64,000 bases of DNA from an uncultured Gammaproteobacteria bacterium (GTDB taxonomy: Bacteria; Patescibacteriota; Patescibacteriia; UBA1558; 2-01-FULL-52-15). Position 1 is the first letter of the stretch; each line of letters begins with the position of its first letter. The DNA lies in the NCBI GenBank assembly GCA_964402565.1, contig CAYOCJ010000002.1, forward strand, positions 661 to 64,660. Reading direction: 5' to 3'. Below the pieces are notes generated by a model. The model had not been told where the DNA came from and searched no databases. It saw only the letters and a program-made list of their open reading frames with translations. Below, one piece after another: positions 40,060 through 50,937 of this stretch. The translations under genes were made by a program, and so were the position numbers.

Positions 40060-42107
40060 TATTTGAAGATGATGTAGATAAGGAGCAGCGCTACGATGTT
40101 CAAAATTTTGATCATCGGGTTGATAGCAGGGCCCGCAGTGTCCTTATAGGGATCACCGACCGTATCGCCGGTCACAGCAGCTTTATGCGCATCAGATCCT
40201 TTACCGCCGAAATTTCCTTGCTCAATATACTTCTTCGCATTATCCCAAGCGCCGCCGCCAGACGTCATAGACACCGCGAGGAATAATCCGGTCACGATAC
40301 TACCGATCAATGCTCCGCCCAACACCAGAGCGATGGTATTTCTGCCATCAGGCGCGAATGAGAACAGCAGAGCAATGATGACCGGCACCAGAACGGGGAT
40401 CAGCGCTGGAACGATCATCTGCTTGATAGCGCCCTTGGTAACAATGTCTACCGTACTAGAATAATCAGGTTTCTCCGTTCCTTGCATGATGCCCGGCTTG
40501 TCCTTGAATTGTTTGCGCACATCTTCGACGACCAAGCCTGCGACCTTACCGACTGCTTCCATAGAAAGCGCGCTGAATATGAACGGCAATAATCCTCCGA
40601 CGAATAATCCTATCAGGACCAAATGGTCGCTTAACAGGAAATTCGTCGAGATATTCCTATCCTGCAATTCGATGATATAGGCATTGAAGAGCACCAGGGT
40701 CGCGAGACCCGCTGAACCGATCGCATAGCCCTTGGTGACCGCCTTGGTCGTATTACCGACCGCGTCGAGCGGATCAGTAACCTCATCGCGGACCTGCTTA
40801 TCCATCTCGCTCATCTCTGCGATACCACCAGCGTTATCCGTGATAGGACCATACGCGTCGATCGTGACGATCATGCCGGCAAGCGACAACATACTCATCG
40901 CGGCGACTGCGACGCCGTAGATCCCCGCGAATGAAAAACTGACGAAGATACCGAGGACGATCGTCAGTACCGGCAATGCCGTTGCTTTCATACTGACCGC
41001 AAGGCCTGCGATAACATTGGTTCCATGTCCGGTTGTCGAAGCCTTCGCGATAGATTTAACTGGGCTGTATTTCGTGGAAGTATAATACTCAGTAATCACG
41101 ACCATAAGACCAGTAACAATCAGACCGACGAGCGCGGAAAAATAAATGTTCGAGGCGCTGATCGTCTTCAGATCAGTCATCAAATACTTCGTAGCAGGAT
41201 ACAAGAGCGCCGCCGAGATAATGCCCGACGCGATCAATCCTTTGTACAGCGCATTCATAATATTCTTTTTGGCGCCCAATCGTACGAAGAACAACCCAAT
41301 GATCGAAGCAATGATGCCGACCGCGCCAATGACGAGCGGGAAAATAACCGCGTTCGTATTATCTTTGAATGTCAGGAACGCGAGCAGCATGGCCGCGACC
41401 GACGTGACCGCATAGGTCTCGAAGAGGTCAGCCGCCATACCCGCGCAGTCACCCACATTGTCACCCACATTATCCGCAATGACCGCCGGATTCCGTGGAT
41501 CATCTTCCGGAATATTTGCTTCTACTTTACCCACCAGATCAGCACCGACATCAGCAGCCTTGGTGAAAATACCACCACCCAAACGCGCAAAAACCGAGAT
41601 CAAGCTACCGCCGAATGAGAGACCGACCAGTACTTTCGGGGAGAAAAACACCGGGTTTAGAAAATACAATCCTGTCACTCCAAAAAGTGCCAAGCCGGCG
41701 ACGAGAAAACCGGTTACGGCGCCGCCTTTGACCGCGACATCGAGCGCCGCGGCAAGGCCTGAGCGAGCAGCCTCAGCCGTACGCACATTGGCACGAACCG
41801 AGACATTCATACCGATGATACCCGCTGCAGCTGATAGCGCCGCGCCAATCAAGAACGCTATTGCGGTACCCCAGCTGATAGCAAATCCAACGATCAGGAA
41901 AAGCGGCGCGGCGATATACGCGATCGTAGTATACTGGCGTTTCAGATACGCTTTTGCTCCCTGCTGTATCGCTTTCGCGATTTCCTGCATGCGTTCATTA
42001 CCGGCAGATTTCTTGAAAATCATCTGCGCCAAGAATAAACCGTAAATAATAGCAATCGCAGCTGCAGCGAGCGACATAAGAACTACCATGGTGAGTTGTG
42101 GTGTCAT
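40059..42107 (-). CDS. hppA: Membrane-bound ion-translocating pyrophosphatase
   Basis: [29 protein letters not shown], about 16 TM helices. Confidence 0.9.
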   Translation of the reverse strand: MTPQLTMVVLMSLAAAAIAIIYGLFLAQMIFKKSAGNERMQEIAKAIQQGAKAYLKRQYTTIAYIAAPLFLIVGFAISWGTAIAFLIGAALSAAAGIIGMNVSVRANVRTAEAARSGLAAALDVAVKGGAVTGFLVAGLALFGVTGLYFLNPVFFSPKVLVGLSFGGSLISVFARLGGGIFTKAADVGADLVGKVEANIPEDDPRNPAVIADNVGDNVGDCAGMAADLFETYAVTSVAAMLLAFLTFKDNTNAVIFPLVIGAVGIIASIIGLFFVRLGAKKNIMNALYKGLIASGIISAALLYPATKYLMTDLKTISASNIYFSALVGLIVTGLMVVITEYYTSTKYSPVKSIAKASTTGHGTNVIAGLAVSMKATALPVLTIVLGIFVSFSFAGIYGVAVAAMSMLSLAGMIVTIDAYGPITDNAGGIAEMSEMDKQVRDEVTDPLDAVGNTTKAVTKGYAIGSAGLATLVLFNAYIIELQDRNISTNFLLSDHLVLIGLFVGGLLPFIFSALSMEAVGKVAGLVVEDVRKQFKDKPGIMQGTEKPDYSSTVDIVTKGAIKQMIVPALIPVLVPVIIALLFSFAPDGRNTIALVLGGALIGSIVTGLFLAVSMTSGGGAWDNAKKYIEQGNFGGKGSDAHKAAVTGDTVGDPYKDTAGPAINPMIKILNIVALLLIYIIFK

Positions 42108-42135
42108 AGTCTTTAGTTAGTACACTAGTAAAAAA

Positions 42136-43338
42136 TTATTCATTAGTTTCAGTTGCCGCTGCGGCTGCTGGCGTTTCGCCCTCAGTAGCAACTTCATCAG
42201 CTTGTATCGTGCCGTCTTCTTTCGCTATATCGATACGCATGCCAACCATCTTCGAAGCAAGACGCACATTCTGTCCGCCACGACCGATCGCGAGGGACAG
42301 CTGATCCTCTTTCACTTTGATAATAGCCGCCTTCTGCTCTTGATGCACGGTCACACTCATAACCTTCGCTGGCGCAATAGCGTTCTCTATCAACGTTTCG
42401 ATGCTGTCACTCCATTCCACGATATCAATCTTCTCGCCGCTCAATTCCTGAATGACGGTCTGCACGCGAGTGCCACGCTGTCCGACGCAGGAACCGACCG
42501 GATCGATATTCGCCTCTTCTGAAGCAACCGCTATCTTCGTCCGCTCGCCCGCTTCACGAGCAATGGCCTTGATGGTGACCAAGCCCGAACTGATCTCAGG
42601 CACTTCATGCGCGAAAAGTTTCGCTACCAATTGCTCAGACGAACGCGAAACGATTATTTGAGGTCCTTTCGCAGTCATGCCAACATTGAGCAACAACACT
42701 TTCATGCGGCGACCTGATTCATAGTGCTCTTTGCGCACCTGCTGTTCAGGCGGCATCACGGCCGTTGCCTGACCGATGTCGAACAGTACCATATACCCTT
42801 CTTGGCGCTGCACAGTCGCGACGAGCACTTCGCCTTCACGGTCCTTATACTCATTGAAAATCTTCTCACGCTCAGCTTCTCGTAAGCGCTGAATGATGAC
42901 CTGCTTCGCAGTTTGTGCTGCCATACGGCCATACTCTGCTGGTACGGTGAGACGCGTCTTCATCTGATCACCTACTTCGACGGTTTTCTTGATTGCCTTT
43001 GCGTCAGTGAGCATGATCTCGCTCTTCGGATTGAAACGCTTCACTTCCTGATCCTCCGGAATCTCTTCGCCGGCTTCTTTACGAACTTTCTGCTCTTCCA
43101 ATTGCTTTTCTAACTCTTCCAGATCTATATCAGGCACAACGGTTTTCACATCATAGACCTTCGAACCGCCATTCTCGGCGTCGAACTCAACTACGATATT
43201 CTGGCTCTTATCACCGAAATCTTTACGATAGGCGGCTGCCAAAGCTGCCTCGATCGTTGTGATAACCGAATCTATAGAGATGTTTTTCTCATCACAGACT
43301 TGGCGTATCGCTTGAATTATCTCATTACTATCTGCCAT
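42136..43338 (-). CDS. nusA: Transcription termination/antitermination factor NusA
   Basis: N-terminal domain, S1 (EGEVLVATVQRQEG), tandem KH domains. Confidence 0.85.
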   Translation of the reverse strand: MADSNEIIQAIRQVCDEKNISIDSVITTIEAALAAAYRKDFGDKSQNIVVEFDAENGGSKVYDVKTVVPDIDLEELEKQLEEQKVRKEAGEEIPEDQEVKRFNPKSEIMLTDAKAIKKTVEVGDQMKTRLTVPAEYGRMAAQTAKQVIIQRLREAEREKIFNEYKDREGEVLVATVQRQEGYMVLFDIGQATAVMPPEQQVRKEHYESGRRMKVLLLNVGMTAKGPQIIVSRSSEQLVAKLFAHEVPEISSGLVTIKAIAREAGERTKIAVASEEANIDPVGSCVGQRGTRVQTVIQELSGEKIDIVEWSDSIETLIENAIAPAKVMSVTVHQEQKAAIIKVKEDQLSLAIGRGGQNVRLASKMVGMRIDIAKEDGTIQADEVATEGETPAAAAATETNE

Positions 43339-43474
43339 AGACGACTCTTAGTCAATAAAAAGCGCTAGTTTTAAATAAACTAGCGTACTGGCACTATAGC
43401 GGTTTTTTCTGGAAAAAGCAAGAAACCTAGCCCCGTCTGCCTCAGCGCCCGGGAGCTTCTACATTTCTAAATAA

Positions 43475-44242
43475 TCATGAGCCATCCGGCGGCCCCTGAT
43501 CCTTCTTCTCCTCGTCATAGGGTAATGGCTCTTCATAGCGCGGCTTGAAGAAATAGAACCCTGCATAGCTTAGCCCTGCTATACCTAGCAGAACCATAAG
43601 CTCACGGCCTAAATCAGTGCCGAAGAATGGCATCGTGCTCGATGCGGTAGTAGCAAGCGGATTATTCTGTTTATTGAAAAACCAATCAAGTACCGAATTT
43701 GCATTCTGATTGTTCACAGCCTCAGGCTCAGTAGTAGTCGAGATCGAGCTTACTTTGGGCCGTGTGCCCTCAGGCAACAGCACCGTTGCTGGCTTGGGCG
43801 CTGGTACGACAAAACTAACTTCAGGAGACTCTGGGCTCCTCTCCTTTTCGCTGAGATTACGAGCGACCGTATAGACACTGTGCGTCCCGGGTGTCAACGG
43901 CAAGAACGGCCTATAGAAAAAATTGCCTATGTCGCTCGGATCAGTACGGAGTGTAGCGCGTCCGTTATACACACCGTCAATATACACATCCACTTTGGTT
44001 TGATTCCAACTTAAGCCAGTGATGAGCACCGACCGGGGCGAATAGAATCTTTTTTCAAAAGTCGGCTGGATGAGTGTCGGCGCAGGCACAAGGCAATCGA
44101 ATGGATTTCCGCAGGGGCGCTCACGCGCGAATACCGGATGCGCAGATAACAAAAAAAGGAGGGCACACCCTCCAATAGATATGCAGGACAAAAAACGTAG
44201 CCGGGGAATACGCATAGATATAGTCGCATTAAACCCTCCCAA
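43475..44242 (-). CDS. Secreted Ig-like/beta-sandwich protein with C-terminal TM anchor
   Basis: Signal peptide, Thr/Pro/Ser-rich linker, C-terminal LMVLLGIAGLSYAGFYFF. Confidence 0.35.
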   Translation of the reverse strand: MGGFNATISMRIPRLRFLSCISIGGCALLFLLSAHPVFARERPCGNPFDCLVPAPTLIQPTFEKRFYSPRSVLITGLSWNQTKVDVYIDGVYNGRATLRTDPSDIGNFFYRPFLPLTPGTHSVYTVARNLSEKERSPESPEVSFVVPAPKPATVLLPEGTRPKVSSISTTTEPEAVNNQNANSVLDWFFNKQNNPLATTASSTMPFFGTDLGRELMVLLGIAGLSYAGFYFFKPRYEEPLPYDEEKKDQGPPDGS

Positions 44243-44300
44243 CTACTAAGCGTCAACGAATACTTTGTGCATACCGAGTGGACAATGAGCGGGTACTTCC

Positions 44301-44690
44301 TTATGAAATCGTGTATATCTTGAGCATAACCCGCTGCTCCGTAACGACAACAGCACAGACTTGGATCCGGATCGCCCTATAGCTTTCCTTGCGCGATTCG
44401 AGAAAAGCCGCCGTTAACCTCATCAACCGAGCCTGTTTTGTGTGGCTAATGGATTCTTCAGGAAATCCGAAAGTCAATGATCGTCGTGTCTTTACTTCAA
44501 TACTATAGAGTACGCCATCCTTCGAACAAATAAGGTCCAGTTCCCCGGAGGAATATCTGACATTCCTGGCAACAATGCTATAACCCGATCTTCTGTAGTG
44601 CTTCGCCACCAGATCCTCGCCCCAGGCACCTAAACGTTGTTGTGCAGTTTTCACAAAAAGACAGTACCAAAAGTAATGCCCTGTTCTCAA
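44301..44690 (-). CDS. yraN: YraN-family (UPF0102) endonuclease
   Basis: GAWGEDLVAKHYRRSGYSIVARNVRYSSGELDLIC...IEVKTR. Confidence 0.75.
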   Translation of the reverse strand: MRTGHYFWYCLFVKTAQQRLGAWGEDLVAKHYRRSGYSIVARNVRYSSGELDLICSKDGVLYSIEVKTRRSLTFGFPEESISHTKQARLMRLTAAFLESRKESYRAIRIQVCAVVVTEQRVMLKIYTIS

Positions 44691-44702
44691 AGCTGCTTGA
44701 AA

Positions 44703-45110
44703 CTATTTCTTCTTATGCGGCAAATACTGCTCGAAGAAGGCCTTCTCATCCCTGGCGCGCAGCCTCTTCGGATACTTCCACATATGGAATACTGCGATGC
44801 GCAGGATCCACAGAGCGGAAAGTGCGACCCACACGAATATCAGCGCACGCATGCTCAGGAGATAGGCATTCTGCAGACGGAAAAAAGCAAGGATCAAGGA
44901 TACTAGACCAAAGGTAAGGCCCCATGCCATATATCGCTGCCAAAGATGTCGGCGTAAACCATCATGAGGATATCTGCGAGATATGAAGAAAGCCACCATG
45001 CTAAAGATAATAGCAGCCATCGACACCATCATTACCGGCTGCCAAAAAACACTATTGTAACTGCCCGGCTGCACTGAGAAAAGATAATTGAGATCAAACA
45101 GTTTATTCAT
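44703..45110 (-). CDS. Small integral membrane protein
   Basis: 135 aa, four hydrophobic helices, basic C-terminus. Confidence 0.4.
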   Translation of the reverse strand: MNKLFDLNYLFSVQPGSYNSVFWQPVMMVSMAAIIFSMVAFFISRRYPHDGLRRHLWQRYMAWGLTFGLVSLILAFFRLQNAYLLSMRALIFVWVALSALWILRIAVFHMWKYPKRLRARDEKAFFEQYLPHKKK

Positions 45111-45221
45111 AACAGAGGGTATTTAATCCTATTGGCCGACAAAAGTCAACGATATCCCTTTGACAAAAACTATACCCCCGATCTACAATGATCTTGTAGT
45201 CAGCTCGATACGTCGTCGTCT

Positions 45222-45340
45222 GATCCGCTCCCCCTCCTGTTGCGCCGGCGGTCGCCTACCGCCACACCAAGGGCCCCTCACGAATTTCCGTACGTGGGGG
45301 GCCCGCTACTTTTATTAAAAAATCCCCGCGGGATTTTTTT
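45222..45340 (+). ncRNA. Candidate small structured RNA ending in a bidirectional terminator
   Basis: GC-rich hairpins ggcggtcgcctaccgcc and gggcccctcacgaatttccgtacgtggggggccc. Then AAAAATCCCCGCGGGATTTTTTT (45313-45340), which also terminates the convergent methyltransferase gene. Confidence 0.25.
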
Positions 45341-45355
45341 ATGGTGAGCGTAAGG

Positions 45356-45919
45356 CTAAATCCTTGTAAAAACGATGCCAAAATGATACTGACCGGCTTG
45401 GAAAAACTTCTCCTCCATATACCCGAGCGGCGGCACGACCTCACGCAGATACTCAGGACGTACCCTATCGGCCGCAGGTGGTCCGAATGATACCGATACA
45501 TCATTCCAGTCCACGATCAGCAATTTACCACCCGGCTTTATCAAACGAGTTACTTCTTTCAAAATATCCGCGTGCTTCTTCGATTGAAATAACGTGTTCA
45601 CGAGAAGACCATGGTCCAGGCTTTGTTCAGGAATGGTCATAGCACCATAGATCTCCAGATCGCTCCATACTGTTTTTACATTATACAACCCCTGCAGCTT
45701 TGCTTTACCATCAACACTAGAAAGCACATTCTTCACGATATCGACAGCATAGACCTGACCATGCTCACCGACGAGACGTGCTGAAGCCAATACAAAAAAA
45801 CCGGCTCCGCCACAACCAAAATCAGCAACGATCTGATTCGGTCGTATGCCTAAATGGTCTTTCAGTATTGCGATAGGATTGAGCAGCTCATTCCCTCCTG
45901 AAACGATGGTGGTAGCCAT
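45356..45919 (-). CDS. Class I SAM-dependent methyltransferase
   Basis: VADFGCGGAGF (motif I) ... IKPGGKLLIVDW (post-motif II). Confidence 0.7.
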   Translation of the reverse strand: MATTIVSGGNELLNPIAILKDHLGIRPNQIVADFGCGGAGFFVLASARLVGEHGQVYAVDIVKNVLSSVDGKAKLQGLYNVKTVWSDLEIYGAMTIPEQSLDHGLLVNTLFQSKKHADILKEVTRLIKPGGKLLIVDWNDVSVSFGPPAADRVRPEYLREVVPPLGYMEEKFFQAGQYHFGIVFTRI

Positions 45920-45953
45920 ATAGCATAGTATACACTATTTGACCCTGCTAGGA

Positions 45954-47666
45954 CTAGTTAGTGACGGACGCATGATAGACGCGAAACGCTTCTGTGCCCG
46001 CATGATTTTTGATGCTAATCGGCTGTATACCATTATTGCGCATCTGCAGCTCGAGCGCTTCGCCATACCCGGTAATTCGATCCGGCATATTCGGCAATAC
46101 TGCATCAGTATTCTGTATGAAATACAGATCCGTGAAACCATTCTTCACATAATACTCCTGGCCCTCTTGTTTCAAAGTCGTCAAATATTTTTCAGCGGTA
46201 ATGATAGGCCACGCCGCATACAACGCCTGCCTATTCAATACCCAGAGCGAGGCAAGATTCGACATATTGTCATTATAGACAAACAGATACGCTGCAGGAC
46301 TTTCGCCTGCAGCCTGCGCCGCTGTGAGAGCCTTGCTCTTCACATCCTCAAGAAATGGGTAGGTATACGGAATAGTCAGTTTCGGATACTTGCCACGAAT
46401 AGTCTCGCTCAACCACTCATCGAGATCATTGTAGCCCCAGGCGTGCATATCCCAATGAATGCGTGAATAGCTGAGCACCTCTTGGCCGATCGGTTGATAC
46501 GGTATGGCTGAATTATAGGCATAGGCATATTCCCAGCCGAAGAACAGAAACAATATGACCAGAGCTGCATAAGATGCTTTTTGAACTATTGGAACATCGA
46601 GTACGGCGCTGAGTAGGTAACTTATCGCAATACATAACCAGGGGATAAGCATAGTCAGAAAACGCGGGGACGGGCCAATGGCTAGATACAATATAAGGTT
46701 CACTACTATACTACTGTTCAACAATACCAGGGAGCGTTTCTGTTCTGACTGAACACTGACAACTCGCGCGAGACACCAGAGCAGAGCACCCGCTGCGACC
46801 GAAATGAAAAGCCATGAGCCATACTGCCAAAGATTTACTGGTATGCCAGCGATGCGATCAGCGAGGCTACCGATATCTTTACCAGGTGTCACTGTCCAAT
46901 ATGGCACATGCTGCCCAAAGATATAAAATAGCTGAAAATCGAAATGCCCGAATGTCCGATACAAAAATATATTGTAGACAACAAAAGGGAGAGATAGCAC
47001 GAAGGCGCAGAACAATCCAAGATACAGCCACATGCTTCGAAAGACGCTCCGTTGATAGAGCACCAGATAGATACACAGCGGCACGGCGATGAACCCGACT
47101 GTATATTTCGAAAGAAGTCCTAACCCGAATGCTATGCCACAAGCTATATACCACCGCCTCTCATCTTGGGCTTGTAAGAAACAATAGACGCTCAGCAACA
47201 TGAAAAAAATGACTTGTGATTCTTGTACTGCGACACGTGCCACGTAGACCATGAGCACATTCGAAGCCATGAGCGCTGCCGCGATGAGCCCTGCTTTCTC
47301 TGAAAATAATTTCTTCGCTATCAAATACACCAGTGCTATAGAAGCGATGCCGAAAAAGGATGAGGGCAGACGAAGTCCCCAAAGATTCACGCCAACAAGT
47401 CCCATGGAGACATGCTGGACGAGGAAGACGAGCAGCGGATGATCATGGAAGGAGAGATGAACCCACCATGGTGCCGCAGCATTGAACAGCTGCAGTGTCG
47501 TTGGCTGCGCTACAGCAAAATCAAAATCTAGCATACCGATGGCGCGGAAGCCATAGAGCACCTCATCGGAAATAGCATCTCCTCTGCTCAACGCATAGAG
47601 ACGAAGAAAGGCGCCAGCTACTAGAACAGCCATAAGCAGGTAGGTCGTGCGAGAAGCTCGCTTCAT
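45954..47666 (-). CDS. GT-C glycosyltransferase of the PMT/ArnT (GT39/GT83) family
   Basis: LRLYALSRGDAISDEVLYGFRAIGM carries the DE motif in loop 1. About 12 TM helices and a C-terminal periplasmic-type domain. Confidence 0.65.
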   Translation of the reverse strand: MKRASRTTYLLMAVLVAGAFLRLYALSRGDAISDEVLYGFRAIGMLDFDFAVAQPTTLQLFNAAAPWWVHLSFHDHPLLVFLVQHVSMGLVGVNLWGLRLPSSFFGIASIALVYLIAKKLFSEKAGLIAAALMASNVLMVYVARVAVQESQVIFFMLLSVYCFLQAQDERRWYIACGIAFGLGLLSKYTVGFIAVPLCIYLVLYQRSVFRSMWLYLGLFCAFVLSLPFVVYNIFLYRTFGHFDFQLFYIFGQHVPYWTVTPGKDIGSLADRIAGIPVNLWQYGSWLFISVAAGALLWCLARVVSVQSEQKRSLVLLNSSIVVNLILYLAIGPSPRFLTMLIPWLCIAISYLLSAVLDVPIVQKASYAALVILFLFFGWEYAYAYNSAIPYQPIGQEVLSYSRIHWDMHAWGYNDLDEWLSETIRGKYPKLTIPYTYPFLEDVKSKALTAAQAAGESPAAYLFVYNDNMSNLASLWVLNRQALYAAWPIITAEKYLTTLKQEGQEYYVKNGFTDLYFIQNTDAVLPNMPDRITGYGEALELQMRNNGIQPISIKNHAGTEAFRVYHASVTN

Positions 47667-48223
47667 AGAGATATGAATGTTATACGATGAAGAAATAGTG
47701 GGCCGTACTGCTGTATCGCTGCGCGATGCGCTTCGGTGCCATAGCCCTTATGCTGAGCGAATCCATACTGAGGATACCTAGCGCCGAACGCGATCATCAT
47801 ATCATCTCTATACACTTTCGCGAGTATTGAAGCTGCCGCTATTTCAGGGAATTTAGATTCGCCGTGCGTATGGAACTCTATGTTCCGCGGGGGACTGGTA
47901 TACTGCTCGAAGCCGCCAACATGGTCTGCTCGGACGCGTGATGACCGAGGAAAAGCGAGCAATGCCAGATCGAAAGCCAATACATTCGCCGCTTGAATAC
48001 CACTACGATCGATCACATTATTACTTACGATACCATAGGACCATGCGCAGGACGTCTGCAATAACGGCATAAGAGCGCGGCGCTCGCTATCAGTTAACAG
48101 CTTTGAATCTTTCACCCGCTTGAAAGGAAATCGTCTCTCATTGACAATGCGCGCCGCGCAGGCAATAAGTGGGCCGGCCAGCGCTCCTCTCCCAACTTCA
48201 TCTACACCGATACTCCTAGACAT
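47663..48223 (-). CDS. rnhB: Ribonuclease HII
   Basis: IGVDEVGRGALAGPLI...DSK...GYGTEAH. Confidence 0.85.
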   Translation of the reverse strand: MSRSIGVDEVGRGALAGPLIACAARIVNERRFPFKRVKDSKLLTDSERRALMPLLQTSCAWSYGIVSNNVIDRSGIQAANVLAFDLALLAFPRSSRVRADHVGGFEQYTSPPRNIEFHTHGESKFPEIAAASILAKVYRDDMMIAFGARYPQYGFAQHKGYGTEAHRAAIQQYGPLFLHRITFISL

Positions 48224-48311
48224 TGCTTCAGCGTAGCGAAATGAAGGGAAAATGAAAAGCAGCCCCGCCTCAGCCGGTTGCCTGAGGCGGGGCTGCGCTG
48301 GTCAGCATCTA

Positions 48312-48533
48312 CTACTCCTCAGGCCAGATCTTTTTCCCTGTTTCATCATAAACCAAAATGGCATTCGTCGGGCAATTCTTCGCTGCCTGCAAGATCAACT
48401 CATCAGAATCGCCATTCTGTTTCTTGACGGTCGAGAATCCATCCTTATCTAATTCGAACGTATTGGTAGCGATAGCAACGCAGGATGCAATACTCGTGCA
48501 CAAATCTTTATCAACTGTTACTTTATACGCCAT
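48312..48533 (-). CDS. Small single-cluster ferredoxin
   Basis: 73 aa. DKDLCTSIASC ... NCP Cys spacing of mono-cluster Fe-S ferredoxins. Confidence 0.6.
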   Translation of the reverse strand: MAYKVTVDKDLCTSIASCVAIATNTFELDKDGFSTVKKQNGDSDELILQAAKNCPTNAILVYDETGKKIWPEE

Positions 48534-48600
48534 AGTACCTTAGTACCTTTTAACAAAGCCATTGTATCAGTAGCTCCTGGTAAAGTAAATGTCATCGCTC

Positions 48601-49431
48601 TTACTGCGAACTTTCTGTTCTTGGGAATGTCGCTGTGGTAAAGATCCCGGCGTCATAGAGCTCTTCCACAAGCTCAGTTTGATCAGGGTTCATCTGCAGC
48701 ATCTGTTCCTTCACCTTGTCTCCTGAGAACGCCTCCCTGCCACCGAACTTCTCGTTGATGCGGTGCAATGCGTCATACACGTCAGCCAGAGCGAGCATAC
48801 GTCCGCCGCTCTCTATTTTCTTCTTTGTGTCATCAGTATAGGGATGCAGCGGCTCTGGCACTTTCTCCGGGTATGGCCGTGATTGAAAGCGATGATGCAG
48901 CTTCACAATCTCAGCGGAAAAATCAAAGGTATCCCGCAAGAGCTCATAGCTCTTCAGGACATGCTCATCCATAGCGGCCGTATCATCAGCGGTCCAGCCC
49001 TCTGTTTTACTTAAGGTGGACAGAGGCACCATGCTTTTGCCAATATCATGCAATAGGCCGGCATACAAAAGTGCCTTCTCATCCATGTTCAAATGCTTGG
49101 CAATGCCTCGGGCCGCAAGGCCGACTCGGATAGAGTGATAGAATGTTTCTGTATGCTTCAACTCGAGGAGCTTCAAATACGCTAAGATTTTATCCTGCTG
49201 CTCTTGGCTAATCTGCAGCTCGCCAAAAGCCGTAGCAAGTCTCTCCTCGAGGGGAATCTCGGGATCCAAATAATCAACAAAGTACGGCTGTTGCGCCTCT
49301 CGATCATGCTCTATGTTCAAGACTCGAGCCTGTGCTTGCGCAGCCTCTGGTGGCAGCTCCTCCATGCCCATCGGAGCGTGTTCTGGGCTTTCTTGTGGTC
49401 GTGGTTCTATTCCGCTTACTTCTTTTTTCAT
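48601..49431 (-). CDS. HD-domain phosphohydrolase
   Basis: HSIRVG...LLHDIGK. Confidence 0.65.
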   Translation of the reverse strand: MKKEVSGIEPRPQESPEHAPMGMEELPPEAAQAQARVLNIEHDREAQQPYFVDYLDPEIPLEERLATAFGELQISQEQQDKILAYLKLLELKHTETFYHSIRVGLAARGIAKHLNMDEKALLYAGLLHDIGKSMVPLSTLSKTEGWTADDTAAMDEHVLKSYELLRDTFDFSAEIVKLHHRFQSRPYPEKVPEPLHPYTDDTKKKIESGGRMLALADVYDALHRINEKFGGREAFSGDKVKEQMLQMNPDQTELVEELYDAGIFTTATFPRTESSQ

Positions 49432-49480
49432 ACTCTCTACAGTAGAGATATCCTACCAAAACAGCGGCCAGCTGCACAGG

Positions 49481-50893
49481 TCACTCTATATCAAAGCTCT
49501 CCCCTGCTTTCGGCGTCACGACCTGCAGCGCAGGCATCCGCTCGTTCAATACTGCGGAGAATGCCGCTGCTTGCGGCATTTCTGTGTGTACCAGAAACAC
49601 TCTCTTAAGCCCTTTGATCTTCGAGACGAAATCATAGAGCCCTTGCTGATCCGCATGCGCGCTGAACTCACTGACCGTTATCACGCGAGCCCGCACAGCA
49701 TATGCTCGATCGTAGATCATAACCGGCGACACACCTTCCTGCAATTTCCTCCCCAGAGTATTTTCAGCTTGGAAACCGGTCAATATGATAACCGAGTCTG
49801 GGTTCGATACATTGTGTTCCAGATGATGCAGCACTTTACCTCCTTCGCACATCCCTGACGAAGCGATCACCATAAACGGCCCCGGCTTCGTATTGAGCGC
49901 TTTTGACTCTTCGGTGGTGCGTATCGTCATCAGATTGGTGAAGGCGAATGGCGATTCATGCTTGCTGCCGAAATCTGTCCATGTCTCCTGATCATAGTCC
50001 TCGGTATGCTTCATGAATACCTCCGTGATCTCATTACCAAGCGGACTATCCACATAGATAGGTATCACCGGTATTTCTCCAGCATCATAGAGTTTATGTA
50101 AGGTATAGAGTAGTTCCTGCGTGCGGCCGAGCGCAAATGCCGGCACGATGATCTTTCGCTTGTTCTTGACCGCGTCAGTGATAATTTCTTTCAGATGCAA
50201 ATCGACCTCGCTCATAGGCCGGTGCAGCTTATCACCATAGGTACATTCGATGAGTAAGGTTTCTATCTCTTCGGTCGGGACTTCTGGCTCACGAAGCAAG
50301 GGGACATTCGTATTCCCGAGATCGCCGGTGAATGCGATCCTCTTGGTCATACCGGCAACAGTGTTTTCAATAACAGTGATAGCTGAGCCCAAGATATGGC
50401 CTGCATCATAGAGCTTCACGCGGGTCTGCGGATTGAAGTTGAACCATATGTCACTCCCGCGAGAACATTCGATTGTTTTGAAATCAGCGCTGACCGCTTC
50501 GACATCATCGACTGAATAAAGAGGTGGTATCGGCGCTTCGCCACCCACAGGATTCTCCTGCATATACTGAAAATCATGCAGCTGCAATTTAGCAGAATCC
50601 AGCATGATAAGGCGAGCCAGGTCTGCTGTTGTCGATGTGGTATAGATCGAGCCTTGATACCCAGCCATCTTCAGCATCGGAAGCATGCCGCAATGGTCCG
50701 CATGCGCATGAGATAGCATGACCGCAGTAAGTGCTTTGGCGTCGAAAGGAAACTCCCGATTCAAGGCATCGGCTTCATGCCGCTTGCCTTGATGTAAACC
50801 ACAGTCAAGCAGCAGCCTCACTCCATCATCCGTGGTAATGAGATGTTTTGAGCCGGTGACTGCGCCTGCTGCGCCATAAAAGGTTATCTGCAT
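49481..50893 (-). CDS. MBL-fold beta-CASP ribonuclease (RNase J / CPSF-like)
   Basis: LSHAHADHCG (HxHxDH), beta-CASP region, 470 aa. Confidence 0.7.
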   Translation of the reverse strand: MQITFYGAAGAVTGSKHLITTDDGVRLLLDCGLHQGKRHEADALNREFPFDAKALTAVMLSHAHADHCGMLPMLKMAGYQGSIYTTSTTADLARLIMLDSAKLQLHDFQYMQENPVGGEAPIPPLYSVDDVEAVSADFKTIECSRGSDIWFNFNPQTRVKLYDAGHILGSAITVIENTVAGMTKRIAFTGDLGNTNVPLLREPEVPTEEIETLLIECTYGDKLHRPMSEVDLHLKEIITDAVKNKRKIIVPAFALGRTQELLYTLHKLYDAGEIPVIPIYVDSPLGNEITEVFMKHTEDYDQETWTDFGSKHESPFAFTNLMTIRTTEESKALNTKPGPFMVIASSGMCEGGKVLHHLEHNVSNPDSVIILTGFQAENTLGRKLQEGVSPVMIYDRAYAVRARVITVSEFSAHADQQGLYDFVSKIKGLKRVFLVHTEMPQAAAFSAVLNERMPALQVVTPKAGESFDIE

Positions 50894-50937
50894 GCAGCAA
50901 GTATAGTTAAAAATAAAGAATGCGCAACAGTAAAACT

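Noticed and set aside
40486-42045. Several 60-200-aa plus-strand ORFs
   Set aside because: All lie antisense within hppA, whose pyrophosphatase motifs are unambiguous.
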